A stretch of 64,000 nt of DNA from Bryobacterales bacterium. Its GTDB lineage: Bacteria > Acidobacteriota > Terriglobia > Bryobacterales > UBA6623. The stretch's first letter is position 1, and each line of letters opens with the position of its first letter. Shown piece after piece: positions 38,213 through 48,326 of this stretch. The translations under genes and the position numbers were made by a program. The stretch lies in assembly GCA_965219585.1 (NCBI GenBank), contig CBDCOA010000003.1, positions 1,535,390 to 1,599,389 of the forward strand, read 5' to 3'. Under the pieces are notes generated by a model that was given only the letters and a program-made list of their open reading frames with translations, made no database searches and had not been told where the DNA came from.

Positions 38213-39367
38213 ATGGCAACATTCCAAACACCGCTCGTCCACATCAGCGAGGTCGAGCCGCATCCAAACGCCGACCGGCTCGAGCTAGCCAATGTCCTCG
38301 GCTACACCTGCGTCGTCCGCAAGGGCGCATTCCGTCCCGGCCAGGAGGTAGTCTACCTGCCGGAGGGCGGCGTCGTGCCGGAATGGCTGTGCCGCGCTCT
38401 CAACTTGTGGGACGAGGAGAAGGGCAAGGGAAGGCTGGCCGGCAAGCAGGGTCGACGCATCAAGGCGACGCGCCTGCGCGGAACGCTGAGCCAGGGCCTG
38501 CTGTACCCTGTCTCGCACGGTCCGGACGGCCCGTGGCTGGCGCTTGAGGACGGCAAGCCGTGGCCGCTCGCGACCGCACCCTCGGGCGAAGAGATCGCCG
38601 ACGCACTCGGAATCGAGAAGTATGTCCCGCCCGTGCCGGTAGCATTCGAGGGTGTCGTGGTGGGCGCGCATGGACATACCGTCAAGTTCGACATCGAGAG
38701 CTTGCAGAGCTTCCCGGACGCAGTCGCGCCCGGCGAGCAGGTCGTCGTCACAGAGAAGCTCCACGGAACCTGGACGGGCATCAGTTTCGACCCGACCGTG
38801 GATGACCCCGACCTGTACCAGGGTGGAACGATCATTTCTTCCAAGGGGATGAGCGGCAAGGGCCTGGCGTTCAAGACAGACGACAGCAATGCCAAGAACC
38901 TGTACGTCCGAATGTGGCGGCAGTTTCTCCTCGATCCCGGTCATTGGGACAAGATCATCCAAGCGGCGCGCGATTCCGGAGAGGCGATCCACGTGTTGGG
39001 CGAGACTTTCGGAAGAGGTGTGCAGGACCTTCAATACGGCCTCAAGACGACCGCTTTGCGGGTCTTCGCGGTGGGGTTCGGCCGAGCCACCGATCGAGCA
39101 GCGTACTTCCTGTCCGCAGATGAGCTAGCGGCCTGGTGCGGCCGCTACGGGCTTGAGACGGTGCCCGAACTCGGGCGGTGCACGTTCTCGATGGAAGCGG
39201 TCTCGGCGCTCCGCGATGGAAAGACCTCCTTCGGCGGCGTCCATGTCCGCGAGGGGGTTGTGATCTCGCCGAACCGTAGGCGCAAGCTCGCCGACGAGTT
39301 CGCCTTTGTCAAGCTCGTCAGCCCCGACTACCTGCTGCGCAAGGGGCATGCCACCGAGTTCGAATAG
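38213..39367 (+). CDS. ATP-dependent RNA ligase, DRB0094/Rnl5 family
   Basis: N-terminal OB-like module HPNADRLELA...LRGTLSQGLL. Ligase motifs I (TEKLHGT), III (GETFG), IIIa (RVFAV), IV (REGVVI) and V (KLVSPDY). SD GAGGAG. Confidence 0.9.
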   Translation: MATFQTPLVHISEVEPHPNADRLELANVLGYTCVVRKGAFRPGQEVVYLPEGGVVPEWLCRALNLWDEEKGKGRLAGKQGRRIKATRLRGTLSQGLLYPVSHGPDGPWLALEDGKPWPLATAPSGEEIADALGIEKYVPPVPVAFEGVVVGAHGHTVKFDIESLQSFPDAVAPGEQVVVTEKLHGTWTGISFDPTVDDPDLYQGGTIISSKGMSGKGLAFKTDDSNAKNLYVRMWRQFLLDPGHWDKIIQAARDSGEAIHVLGETFGRGVQDLQYGLKTTALRVFAVGFGRATDRAAYFLSADELAAWCGRYGLETVPELGRCTFSMEAVSALRDGKTSFGGVHVREGVVISPNRRRKLADEFAFVKLVSPDYLLRKGHATEFE

Positions 39368-39483
39368 GCGCGGACGTGCCCGCGCCGCCTTCGAACTTGC
39401 ACGGGAAAGTCGCGGCGCGGCTCCGTTGCAATCGGGCAGCTTCCCCGGCGTGCGCGATGTGCCGGAGTACGCAAGCAGAGGCG

Positions 39484-40443
39484 TCAGGCCACGCGATTCA
39501 TCGGCTTGCCCCGCATCGCGGCGAAGACGTTATCGACGGCCAGCCGCAGGCCGGTTTCCAGCGCCTCGGCTGTCACACCGCCCGAATGCGGCGTGAGCAC
39601 CACGTTTGGAAGGCTAGCTAGCCGGTGGTTCTCGGGCATCGGTTCTTGTTCGAACACGTCCAATCCCGCTCCGCGGATTGTTTCGTCGCGCAGCGCTTCC
39701 ACAAGCGCTGCCTCGTCGACGACGGCACCGCGGGCAGTGTTGACTAGAATCGCCGTGGGCTTCATCGCCACCAGCTGCTGCGGCCCGACCATGCCGGTGG
39801 TTTCAGGTGTCAGGCGCACGTGCAGGCTGACCACGTCGCTCTGGCGATACAAGTCATCCAATTCCACCAACTCGATTCCCAGCTCTGCCAGCGGCTTCTC
39901 CTCGGGAGTGCGGGTCCAGGCGATCACGCGCATCCCGATTCCCTTCGCGATGCGAGCCGTCTGCAAGCCGATGGCGCCCAGTCCTACCACGCCAAGGGTC
40001 TTGCCGTGAAGCTGGGTCACGAATCCCCGCGGCCAAGCCCCCTTGCGCGTCTTGGAGTCGATCCTGGGAATGTCACGGGCGACGGCCAGCATCAGCGCCA
40101 GAGCATGCTCGGCCATCGCCACGGCCGAGACGCCCGGCGTGTTGGTGACGACCACGCCGTGCTCCCTGGCCGCGCTCAGATCGACATGGTCTGTTCCCGT
40201 CCCCCACAGGGACAGGACCCGCAGTTCGGGGCAGGCGGCGAATACCTCCTCCCCGAAGTCGATGGACGATCGGATGTTGAGCACGGCCTCGGCTCCGGCA
40301 ATGCGCTCTAGCAACACCTGCGTCGAGGCGGGCAAGCTGTCGTGGTGGGTCACGTCGGCCCCGGCCATGAGCGTTTTGAACGCCGCGCTAGGCCCGAGCA
40401 CCGGCGGGTAGTCATCCGGCACCACTACGGTCGGTCGCTTCAT
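39484..40443 (-). CDS. D-isomer-specific 2-hydroxyacid dehydrogenase (phosphoglycerate dehydrogenase-like)
   Basis: GVVGLGAIG, LVNTARGAVVDE, GLDVFEQEP and LTPHSG. Confidence 0.92.
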   Translation of the reverse strand: MKRPTVVVPDDYPPVLGPSAAFKTLMAGADVTHHDSLPASTQVLLERIAGAEAVLNIRSSIDFGEEVFAACPELRVLSLWGTGTDHVDLSAAREHGVVVTNTPGVSAVAMAEHALALMLAVARDIPRIDSKTRKGAWPRGFVTQLHGKTLGVVGLGAIGLQTARIAKGIGMRVIAWTRTPEEKPLAELGIELVELDDLYRQSDVVSLHVRLTPETTGMVGPQQLVAMKPTAILVNTARGAVVDEAALVEALRDETIRGAGLDVFEQEPMPENHRLASLPNVVLTPHSGGVTAEALETGLRLAVDNVFAAMRGKPMNRVA

Positions 40444-40473
40444 CGTGGTTCTCCAACTCCGGTTCCGCGGGTG

Positions 40474-42093
40474 TCAGCGGAACATGACATACAGCGCCGC
40501 GATGACGACGCAGAGCAGCGTCGCAAGCCTTCGGGGATCGACGCCGGCCCCGGTCCAGCGACGGGTCAGCGCGCTGAGCGGGTTGTCCCAGGTCAGCCCC
40601 TCGACCTTTTCGGCGGGCGGCGGCGGCGTGATCTTGCTGACCACGTAAAACACGCAACTGCAGATCACCGTCATGTAGAAGGCTTGCAGCATGAAGGGTA
40701 TCCCCCATCCATTGGTGATCAGCTTGTAGCCGTCGGCATCCTTGAAATCGAGCACGAACGCCGTCGCCCCCATCGCGAACCCGAACACCAGCGTCGATAC
40801 AGCCGCTTGCGCGGTGCCGCGCTTCCAGAACACGCCCCACAGGAAAACAGCCGTGATGGCAGGCGCCAGGGCCGCTCCAATCTCCTGCACCGCTTCGAAT
40901 ATGCTCGAGAACTTCGCTCCCTGCGTGGACCATGCCATGGCCAGCAGCATGACGACGACCGCGCTCCAGCGTCCGATACGCACCTGCGATGCATCGCTGG
41001 TGCCGGGCCGCACGCGGGCCACAATGTCGACGGCGAACAATGTCGCGCAACTATTTAGCGCAGCGGCGATGGTGCTCATCAGAGCGGCCAGCAGTCCGGC
41101 CGAGATCAGCCCGCGCAAGCCTGTCGGAACCAGTTCCTGAATCAGCATCGGCAGCACTTGGTTGGCGTTGTCGCCGATCTCGCTGCCGTATAGCACGTAG
41201 CCGATCACGCCAGGCAGCACCAAGATGAACACGGGCAGCACCTTGATGAATCCGGCAAACAAGGGGCCGATCTGCGCGTCGTGCTCGGACCGGGCAGCCA
41301 GCACGCGCTGCACGATGGTCTGGTCGGTGCACCAATACCAGATGCCCAAGACCGGATAGCCCAGCAGCACCGAGTACCACGCCAAGCCTACCGAGTTGTC
41401 AGTCCAGATCATGCTGAGCTGCCGCGGCCTGAGCTGCTCTTGGAACTCGGCCATGCTGCTGATGCCGTGCTCCGGCAGCGCCCCGATGGCAAGCGCGGTG
41501 ACCAAGATCGAGCCCCCGATCAACAGCACCGTTTGGATGGTCTCGGTCACGACGACCGCCTTGAGCCCTCCCAGCACGGTGTACAAGCCCGTCACCACGG
41601 AGATCACCAAGATCGATGTCACGACATCGATCCCGAAGAACTGCTCGAACACGGTCGCGCCCGCGTACAGGCTCATCCCGATGTGGATGAACAGGGCACC
41701 CAGGATTGCCATGAAGGCCAAGAAGGAACGCGCCGCCGCGTTGAAGCGGCGCTCCAGATACTCGGGCAAAGTCTCGATCCGGTTGCGGAAATAGAACGGT
41801 GCGAAGAACAGCGACAGCACCACTAGAGTGAAGGCGGCCATCCACTCGAAGTTGCCCCACACAAGGCCCTCGTTGTAGCCGGACGCGGCGAGCCCGACCA
41901 AGTGGATCGTCGAAATGTTCGACGCAAACAGGGCCGCTCCGATCATGATCCAGCCCAGCGACCGGCCGGCTAGGAAGTAGACCTCCCCGGTCATGCGCTG
42001 GCGCCGAACCGAAAGCACTCCCACTGCGAGAATGCCGAGCAGGTAGGCGACGATGATGAACAGGTCGATGAATGGGATGCGGAGACCTTGCAT
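40474..42093 (-). CDS. Sodium:solute symporter (SLC5 family)
   Basis: YFLAGRSL, FASNIS, YWCTDQTIVQRVL, LLAALMST and many transmembrane segments. Confidence 0.95.
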   Translation of the reverse strand: MQGLRIPFIDLFIIVAYLLGILAVGVLSVRRQRMTGEVYFLAGRSLGWIMIGAALFASNISTIHLVGLAASGYNEGLVWGNFEWMAAFTLVVLSLFFAPFYFRNRIETLPEYLERRFNAAARSFLAFMAILGALFIHIGMSLYAGATVFEQFFGIDVVTSILVISVVTGLYTVLGGLKAVVVTETIQTVLLIGGSILVTALAIGALPEHGISSMAEFQEQLRPRQLSMIWTDNSVGLAWYSVLLGYPVLGIWYWCTDQTIVQRVLAARSEHDAQIGPLFAGFIKVLPVFILVLPGVIGYVLYGSEIGDNANQVLPMLIQELVPTGLRGLISAGLLAALMSTIAAALNSCATLFAVDIVARVRPGTSDASQVRIGRWSAVVVMLLAMAWSTQGAKFSSIFEAVQEIGAALAPAITAVFLWGVFWKRGTAQAAVSTLVFGFAMGATAFVLDFKDADGYKLITNGWGIPFMLQAFYMTVICSCVFYVVSKITPPPPAEKVEGLTWDNPLSALTRRWTGAGVDPRRLATLLCVVIAALYVMFR

Positions 42094-42139
42094 TTGAACT
42101 AGGAGTTTCTCGGCGGCGGCAGCGCTTGGGATCCGCGGG

Positions 42140-42973
42140 TCAGTTGGGCGGGCGCGGTGGATTGGCCCAATGCCCGGCCGGGTCCGCCCCCTTGACCAAC
42201 ACGCCCTTGAGGTTCCAATCCAGATAGGCGCTCACGTCCGTCGCGCAATAGCGCAGCGTCAGGCCGCAACGCCGCCGATCCGAATCGTTGGCCTCGGAGC
42301 CGTGCAGCAGCAAGTCCGAGTGCAGCGAGATCTCGCCCGCGCGCAGTTCGTTGCTCACCGGTGGGTCGAACTCATCCACGCCGCACACCTTCTGGTTCAG
42401 TACCGTCGATGCGTCTTCGGCGACCTCGAACGGCAGCGGGCCGCGCAAGTGCGAACCGGGCACGAAGCGCATGCAGGCATTGCCGCGATCAGCATCATCA
42501 ATGGCAAGCCATACAGTGACTGTCTTGGACGGAGTCAGCGGCCAGTACGTGGCATCCTGATGCCAGTCCACGAGCTTGCCGTCATGCGGCATCTTGCAGA
42601 AATAGTGGCATCCCCAGCCCACGACGTCGGGTCCCAGGATGTCGCTGACATAGGCGACTATGCGCCCGTCGGTGAGCAGATCGTAGGCATCGGCGTACGC
42701 TAGGTGTGCCGAACTGATCGAATAGCTGTCCCCTCCATCGGCCAGGACTCTTTCCAGCAAACTGTCGAAACGCCGGCGGATCTCGCAGATCTCGGCGTCA
42801 GGAATGACACGGATACCGGTCACGTATCCGCAAGCATTGAACTGCTCCAATTGTGCGTGCGAAAGCCTCTGCGGGCGCTCATTGCGCGCAGGGAAAAAGG
42901 CGAGCTGGCGATCAATCCGCCCGAGGTCGGACAATTCAGGAGTGATCGCGAACTGCTTGGCAGGCTGCGCCAT
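42140..42973 (-). CDS. Phytanoyl-CoA dioxygenase (PhyH)-family Fe(II)/2OG oxygenase
   Basis: WHQDATYWP (HxD), VWLAIDD, LLHGS..N.S and RRCGLTLRY. Confidence 0.92.
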   Translation of the reverse strand: MAQPAKQFAITPELSDLGRIDRQLAFFPARNERPQRLSHAQLEQFNACGYVTGIRVIPDAEICEIRRRFDSLLERVLADGGDSYSISSAHLAYADAYDLLTDGRIVAYVSDILGPDVVGWGCHYFCKMPHDGKLVDWHQDATYWPLTPSKTVTVWLAIDDADRGNACMRFVPGSHLRGPLPFEVAEDASTVLNQKVCGVDEFDPPVSNELRAGEISLHSDLLLHGSEANDSDRRRCGLTLRYCATDVSAYLDWNLKGVLVKGADPAGHWANPPRPPN

Positions 42974-43392
42974 TCTAGGCCATCATAGCGCGTGGCGCAG
43001 AACCGCCTCGGTCTTGCGCCTTGGGCCGTCCCCAACAGGCGGACGCGGCCGGCTTGCCCTCGATTCGGCGAGGCTGGACCAGTCGCGGTGGTGAGGTGGC
43101 GCGCTCGCGCGATGCGTCAGCGGGACCAACTCGAGTCCCCGCGCGGGCCAGGGCGCTCGGCTGCAGCGCCGCTCGCGCAACCAAGAGGCCGGTGCCGTTC
43201 AGGCATGCTGCAAGCGCGAAGCGGGCGTTCTTCGGCCGCCCGGCCTAGTTCGAAACCGCTGCCGGGCCGGTTGCACGCGAGGCATGCAAGAGTCACAACA
43301 CCATATAGTTCCGGGCGCTTCGCAACGTTTTCTAGCCGCCTTGTTACAATAAGAGATCGTCGGGCTCTGGCCGCCGGCCCCACTCTAGGATT

Positions 43393-44250
43393 GTGTCGCT
43401 CAAAAGCATTGCATTAGCAGTGTGTCTGGGCGCATCGCTCGGCTGCGGCGTGCTCTCCACGACCACGATTCTGCCGCCGCCACCAGAGGCTCGCACGGCG
43501 AGCCGGGCGGACCTCATCGCCAGCATCCAGCGCATCGCCTCGGTGCAGTCGATGAAGGCGGTGATCGACATCACGCTTACGGTGCAGTCCGATGAGCGCG
43601 ACCGGGAAACGCTCTATCCCGACGTTCGCGGGGCACTGGTAATCCGGCGGCCGGGCTGGATCAGGACCAATGCCCAGTCTCCGGGCGGCATCGCAACGGT
43701 GTACGACATGGTTTCGGACGGCGAGCGCTTCCGGGTCCACTTGCCGTGGCGCAATCGCGTCTACGAGGGCACGACAGCTCTCACGCACGTGTCAGAGAAC
43801 CGAGCCGAGAACATCCGCCCGCAGCACATGCTGCAGGCGATCATGCTCGAGCCTATCAAAGACGTGGGCAACGTCGTGCTCGACATCGAGATGTACGGCC
43901 AGTCGGGGTATCAGGTGCTGCACGTGATCGATCGAGGCCCGGACGGCTTCTTCCGCATCCTTCGCAAGTACTGGTTCAGCCGGTCCGACCTCCAGCTCTC
44001 GCGGCTGATGATCCTCGACGAGAATACCGAAGTTGCCACTGATGCTTGGTACCGCGACTGGCTCGAGGACAAGGGGCTTCCTTACCCGCAGCACATTCGG
44101 GTCGAGCGCCCGCAAGATGGCTACGGCCTCGAGATCGAGATCCTCAGACCGGGCCTGAACGAGGAGATCCCGGACACCTCGTTCCAGCTGCCGCTTCCCG
44201 ACGACGTCGAGATCGAGCAGGTCGGCGAGCCCGATTCCGCAAGCTCGTAA
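43393..44250 (+). CDS. Lipoprotein with a possible LolA/LolB-like fold
   Basis: Lipobox SLGC, a beta-rich sequence with YWFSRSDLQL...Y.DW...PQHIRVERP, and a position upstream of a LolCDE-like ABC transporter. Confidence 0.6.
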   Translation: MSLKSIALAVCLGASLGCGVLSTTTILPPPPEARTASRADLIASIQRIASVQSMKAVIDITLTVQSDERDRETLYPDVRGALVIRRPGWIRTNAQSPGGIATVYDMVSDGERFRVHLPWRNRVYEGTTALTHVSENRAENIRPQHMLQAIMLEPIKDVGNVVLDIEMYGQSGYQVLHVIDRGPDGFFRILRKYWFSRSDLQLSRLMILDENTEVATDAWYRDWLEDKGLPYPQHIRVERPQDGYGLEIEILRPGLNEEIPDTSFQLPLPDDVEIEQVGEPDSASS

Positions 44251-44262
44251 CACGCGCCAGCC

Positions 44263-45354
44263 ATGATCCACCGATTGGTCCTCCGCAACCTGTTTCACCG
44301 GCCCGTGCGCACGGGCCTTACGATCCTTGCCGTGGCGGTCGAGGTCGCGATGATCGTGATGATGGTGGGGGTCTCGGAAGGCTTGCTCACCGAGTCCCTG
44401 CGCCGCACGCGCGGCGTGGGGGCCGACATCATGATCCGACCGCAGTTTTCAGGTGCCGCGCTTAGCACTGCCGATATTTCCGACAAGCTTCCAGCCATGC
44501 TCATGGAGCGCTATCCGCAAATCGAGCACGCGCTAGGGGCCACCGTCTACACGCCCGGCAACGTGCAGACCATCACCGGTGTCGACTGGCAAGCGTTCGA
44601 CGACATGAGCGGCGGGATCGTGATTTATGAAGGCCGCACGTATGCCGCGCCGTATGAGGCGCTCGTCGACGAGCTCTACGCCCGTCAGGAAGAGGTTTCG
44701 GTAGGGGACAGCATCGAGCTGATGAGCCGGGAGTTCGAGGTGGTCGGCATCATCGAGACCGGCAAGATGTCGCGCGTGTTCATCCCCCCCGAAACGATGA
44801 GCGAGCTGCAAGGCTGGCAGGGCCGGGTCAGCCAGGTCTATCTCAAGCTCGAAGACTCGACCAAGACGCGGGAGTTGATCGAAGACCTGCGCGCGCTGCT
44901 GCCGAACCGCCACGTCATTTCCGTGGAGGACTTCTTGGCGACGATGGCCACGGACGTGCGCCGGATGTCCTCCCAGTTCGTCAATATCATCATTTCAATC
45001 GCGGTCGCGATCGGCTTCATCGTGGTCATGCTGGCGATGTACACGGCGATCTTGGAGCGCACGAGGGAGATTGGGATCCTCAAGGCTATTGGCGCCTCGA
45101 AGAGCGTGATCGGCTCCATCGTGATGCGCGAGACACTGGTCGTGAGCGCAATCGGCATCGTTCTCGGCTATGGGCTGAGTGTTGTCGGCACGGAGCTGGT
45201 CGCTCTCCGCTATCCCCTCATTCCGATCATCTTCATCCCGGAGTGGCTGGCGGGGGCAGCCGTGCTGACCATCGTCGGCTCGATCGCAGGAGCCGCCTAT
45301 CCTGCCTGGAAGGCGGCCAAGGCTGATCCGTGCGAGGTTCTCTCCTACGAGTGA
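44263..45354 (+). CDS. ABC transporter permease (MacB/FtsX/LolC-E type)
   Basis: RNLFHRPVRTGLT, ERTREIGILKAIGAS and YPAWKAAKADP. Confidence 0.92.
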   Translation: MIHRLVLRNLFHRPVRTGLTILAVAVEVAMIVMMVGVSEGLLTESLRRTRGVGADIMIRPQFSGAALSTADISDKLPAMLMERYPQIEHALGATVYTPGNVQTITGVDWQAFDDMSGGIVIYEGRTYAAPYEALVDELYARQEEVSVGDSIELMSREFEVVGIIETGKMSRVFIPPETMSELQGWQGRVSQVYLKLEDSTKTRELIEDLRALLPNRHVISVEDFLATMATDVRRMSSQFVNIIISIAVAIGFIVVMLAMYTAILERTREIGILKAIGASKSVIGSIVMRETLVVSAIGIVLGYGLSVVGTELVALRYPLIPIIFIPEWLAGAAVLTIVGSIAGAAYPAWKAAKADPCEVLSYE

Positions 45355-45373
45355 GGGAAAGAAGGAGCTGCAA

Positions 45374-46051
45374 GTGCCGGCTGACGCCTTGATCAAGACC
45401 TCGAACCTAAAAAAGGTCTACCGCCTTGGCAGCGTGGACGTGCCGGCCCTCCGTGGCGTGTCCATGGAAGTCCAGGCCGGCGAGTTCGTCGCCCTGCTCG
45501 GGCCGTCCGGGTCCGGCAAGTCGACCCTGTTCCACATCATCGGGGCCATGCTCGCTCCTACCAGCGGCACGGTGGAGATTGACGGCCAAGACCTGGCCGG
45601 CATGTCGGACGGGCAGCGCACCGAACTGCGCAAGACCAAGGTCGGCTTCGTGTTCCAGCGTTTCAACCTCTTGGCAACCCTGAACGCCGAGGAGAACATC
45701 CGCATTGCCCAACACATCGCCGGGTCGGCCGACCCGGACCGCGCTCAGTTCAATGAAATCGTGCGCATCCTAGGCATTGGGCACCGCCTGCGCCACAAGC
45801 CGAACGCCCTCTCCGGCGGCGAGCAGCAGCGGGTGGCGATCGCGCGCGCTCTGGTGAACCGCCCGCCGATCCTGCTCGCTGACGAGCCCACCGGAAATCT
45901 GGACTCCGAGAACTCGATGGCGGTGTTGGACACGCTCAGGTCTCTGCATCAGAATCTAGGGCAGACCGTCATGATAATCACCCACAATCCAGAAGCGGCG
46001 TCGTATTGCACGGACCGGGTCGTGCGCATGAAGGACGGCCGGATCGCCTAG
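45374..46051 (+). CDS. ABC transporter ATP-binding protein (LolD/MacB type)
   Basis: [24 protein letters not shown] and [11 protein letters not shown]. Confidence 0.95.
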   Translation: MPADALIKTSNLKKVYRLGSVDVPALRGVSMEVQAGEFVALLGPSGSGKSTLFHIIGAMLAPTSGTVEIDGQDLAGMSDGQRTELRKTKVGFVFQRFNLLATLNAEENIRIAQHIAGSADPDRAQFNEIVRILGIGHRLRHKPNALSGGEQQRVAIARALVNRPPILLADEPTGNLDSENSMAVLDTLRSLHQNLGQTVMIITHNPEAASYCTDRVVRMKDGRIA

Positions 46052-46104
46052 GTCCGTTCGGGATTCGACTGCCAATCCAGGGGCTGAGAACGGCCCTGCT
46101 GGCG

Positions 46105-48270
46105 TCAGTCGCCGTAGATGCGCTCGTACATGGCGCGATTGCGGAGCACGGACTGGACGTACCCGCGAGTCTCGCTGAAAGGAATCGTCTCGGCGAATTC
46201 CTCGTTGTCCTCAAACGGGCCGAGCGCCATCCACTGCCCGATGCGCCGCTCCCCGGCGTTGTAGCCGGCCAACGTCTTTTCCAGCTCTCCGCCGAACTGC
46301 GCCAGCACCTGCTTGAGGTGGAACGTGCCGAGCCTCAGGCTGGTGTCGGGCACAGTTAGCTTGCGGCTGCTAAAGCCGGAGATGCCTAGTCGCCGGAACA
46401 GCCCGCGGCCCGTCCCGGGCATGATCTGCATCAGGCCCAAGGCTCCCGCGCTGGACTTCGCGCCGGGGTGAAATTCCGACTCCTGGCGGATCAGGGCCGC
46501 CACCAGATATGGGTCCAAACCGTGGCGCTCGGAGCGGGCGCGCAGGCGATCCTCCCAGCCGATCGGAAACAGCAGGCGCCAGTACTCGACGTCCAACGAA
46601 TCGTAAGGCATGCGCAGATAGCCGAATAGGTAGCGCTTCATCGTCCGCAACGCCAAGTGGTGCTCGTCGCGGCCTTCGTGCATGCGACCCAGGTGCAACC
46701 CTGCAAAGTGGCCATCGGGCTTGCGGTAGTCCACGCGGGAGTACTCGGTGCGGGCGTAGTCGTAGAACCCGAGCTGGTGGAGTTCTCCACCCCGCACCAG
46801 CAAGTCCTGCGTTGCCGCGAGCGGCTGCGACGCCAGCGACCGAGCCTTGGGCAGGCCAGCCAAGATCCGGCGCTCGGCCTGCGGGTCTGAGCTCACTCTG
46901 CCCATGCGCTTGAGCCGCTGCTCGGAAAGGAACGCATAGTAGTAGTGCGGAAAACCGCCCATGACTGCATTGAAGTGCGCCGCGGCTTCCGCCCGGCGCC
47001 CGCGGTCCTCGTGCAGGCGCCCCAGCCAGTAGATCGCCCCGGCTGCCGTGGGCGCGGCACCGTAGCGCTCGACGTGCTCGTTCAGCAGTTCGGCGCGGTC
47101 GGCACTGTCGTCCAGCCAAGCGCGCCAGCAGAGCTTCCAATGGGCGTAGGCCGAGTGCTTACCCTGAGGGAAGGCGTCCGCCAAGCGCCGGAACCACTTC
47201 GAATAGCTGGCCCGGTCGTCCAGCAAGTAGTAGTAGTTGCCTACGGAAAGCAGCGCTTCCTCGTACCATGGCGACTCGCCGTGGTTCGCCGCCAGCTTGG
47301 AGATGCTGGACAGCATCTCGCCAACGATGCGCTTGCGGCGCTCGATGGCACACAGCAGGTAGAGCCGCTGTGCTTCCAGTTCCGGCTCTCGCGGGCGCGC
47401 CCTTGCCAGGGAGGTGTACGCCGCGGAAGAATGTCGCCGGGAGTAGTCCGCGGCCCCCCTGCCGATGATGGCTCGATCCCGGTCGTCCCCCGTCAGGCCG
47501 GCGCCGAGGGCCCTGCCGTACTCCGCCGACGCACGTGTATATTGGCGCCCCCTGCGAAGACTCTCCGCACGCGCCAGCCGCCACTCGGCGGGCGCCTTCG
47601 GATAGGCGTCGCCCATGGCCGCCCGCAGGCGGTCAAGCTGCTCCTCAGCCGCGCGAGCTTGGTCAGTGAACGGGTGGAAATAATACGCTTCGCGATAGAG
47701 CGAGACCGCACGCTGGAGCTTGCCGTCCAAGTGTTCGGCCCGCCCGGAAAGGTACAGCCGAACGGGCTCTTCCAGCGCGCTCGAACCGGCGGCGAGCAGC
47801 GCTCTTGCTTGGTCCAAGCGCTTCAGCCGCAGCAGGCTCTCCACCTGCAGCCGCCCGGCGGCTGGACGAAACCGGCTCTCGGGGAAGCGCTCGGCAAAGT
47901 CGCTGAGCGGCGTGAGGGCACGTTCGAAGTCTTCTGCCAAGGCGATGCACCTGGCGCGATAGTAGGCGGCGTACTCAGCCACCCAGCCATCCGCTGCACC
48001 CACCCTTGCCAAGGCGCTCTCGGCCGCAGGGTAGTCCCTGCCCCGGTAGTGCGCCATGCCGATGGCATAGTGGGCCAGGGCGCGATCGGTCCCGGACGCG
48101 CCGTCGGCAAAGCTCTGCATGGCGCGGAAGTTTGCATCAGACCGGGACGCATGCAGCGCCCTGCTCAACTCGCCGAGCTTCGCGGGAACCGCACCAGCGG
48201 CGCCCGGTGCAACCGTCAGCAAGGCCGTCGCCAGCGCGGCGACTCGCAGACACGGACGAGGTCTGATCAT
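46105..48270 (-). CDS. Soluble lytic murein transglycosylase (Slt70-like, TPR + SLT domain)
   Basis: TPR-like helical repeats, LIRQESEF, GALGLMQIMP, AGYNAG and ETRGYV. Confidence 0.92.
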   Translation of the reverse strand: MIRPRPCLRVAALATALLTVAPGAAGAVPAKLGELSRALHASRSDANFRAMQSFADGASGTDRALAHYAIGMAHYRGRDYPAAESALARVGAADGWVAEYAAYYRARCIALAEDFERALTPLSDFAERFPESRFRPAAGRLQVESLLRLKRLDQARALLAAGSSALEEPVRLYLSGRAEHLDGKLQRAVSLYREAYYFHPFTDQARAAEEQLDRLRAAMGDAYPKAPAEWRLARAESLRRGRQYTRASAEYGRALGAGLTGDDRDRAIIGRGAADYSRRHSSAAYTSLARARPREPELEAQRLYLLCAIERRKRIVGEMLSSISKLAANHGESPWYEEALLSVGNYYYLLDDRASYSKWFRRLADAFPQGKHSAYAHWKLCWRAWLDDSADRAELLNEHVERYGAAPTAAGAIYWLGRLHEDRGRRAEAAAHFNAVMGGFPHYYYAFLSEQRLKRMGRVSSDPQAERRILAGLPKARSLASQPLAATQDLLVRGGELHQLGFYDYARTEYSRVDYRKPDGHFAGLHLGRMHEGRDEHHLALRTMKRYLFGYLRMPYDSLDVEYWRLLFPIGWEDRLRARSERHGLDPYLVAALIRQESEFHPGAKSSAGALGLMQIMPGTGRGLFRRLGISGFSSRKLTVPDTSLRLGTFHLKQVLAQFGGELEKTLAGYNAGERRIGQWMALGPFEDNEEFAETIPFSETRGYVQSVLRNRAMYERIYGD

Positions 48271-48326
48271 CGCGCGCCCTGAACCGCCGGAGAACTGCCG
48301 CGCGCGGTTTTGAACGTGTCGGAGCA

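Noticed and set aside
42990-43390. Long intergenic region as a possible ncRNA
   Set aside because: It has only GC-rich local hairpins, with no recognisable SRP, 6S, tmRNA, RNase P or riboswitch motif.
46077-46102. CTGAGA-containing hairpin as a possible TPP riboswitch
   Set aside because: It lies between convergent stop codons and lacks the rest of the TPP core, so it is more likely a terminator-like hairpin.
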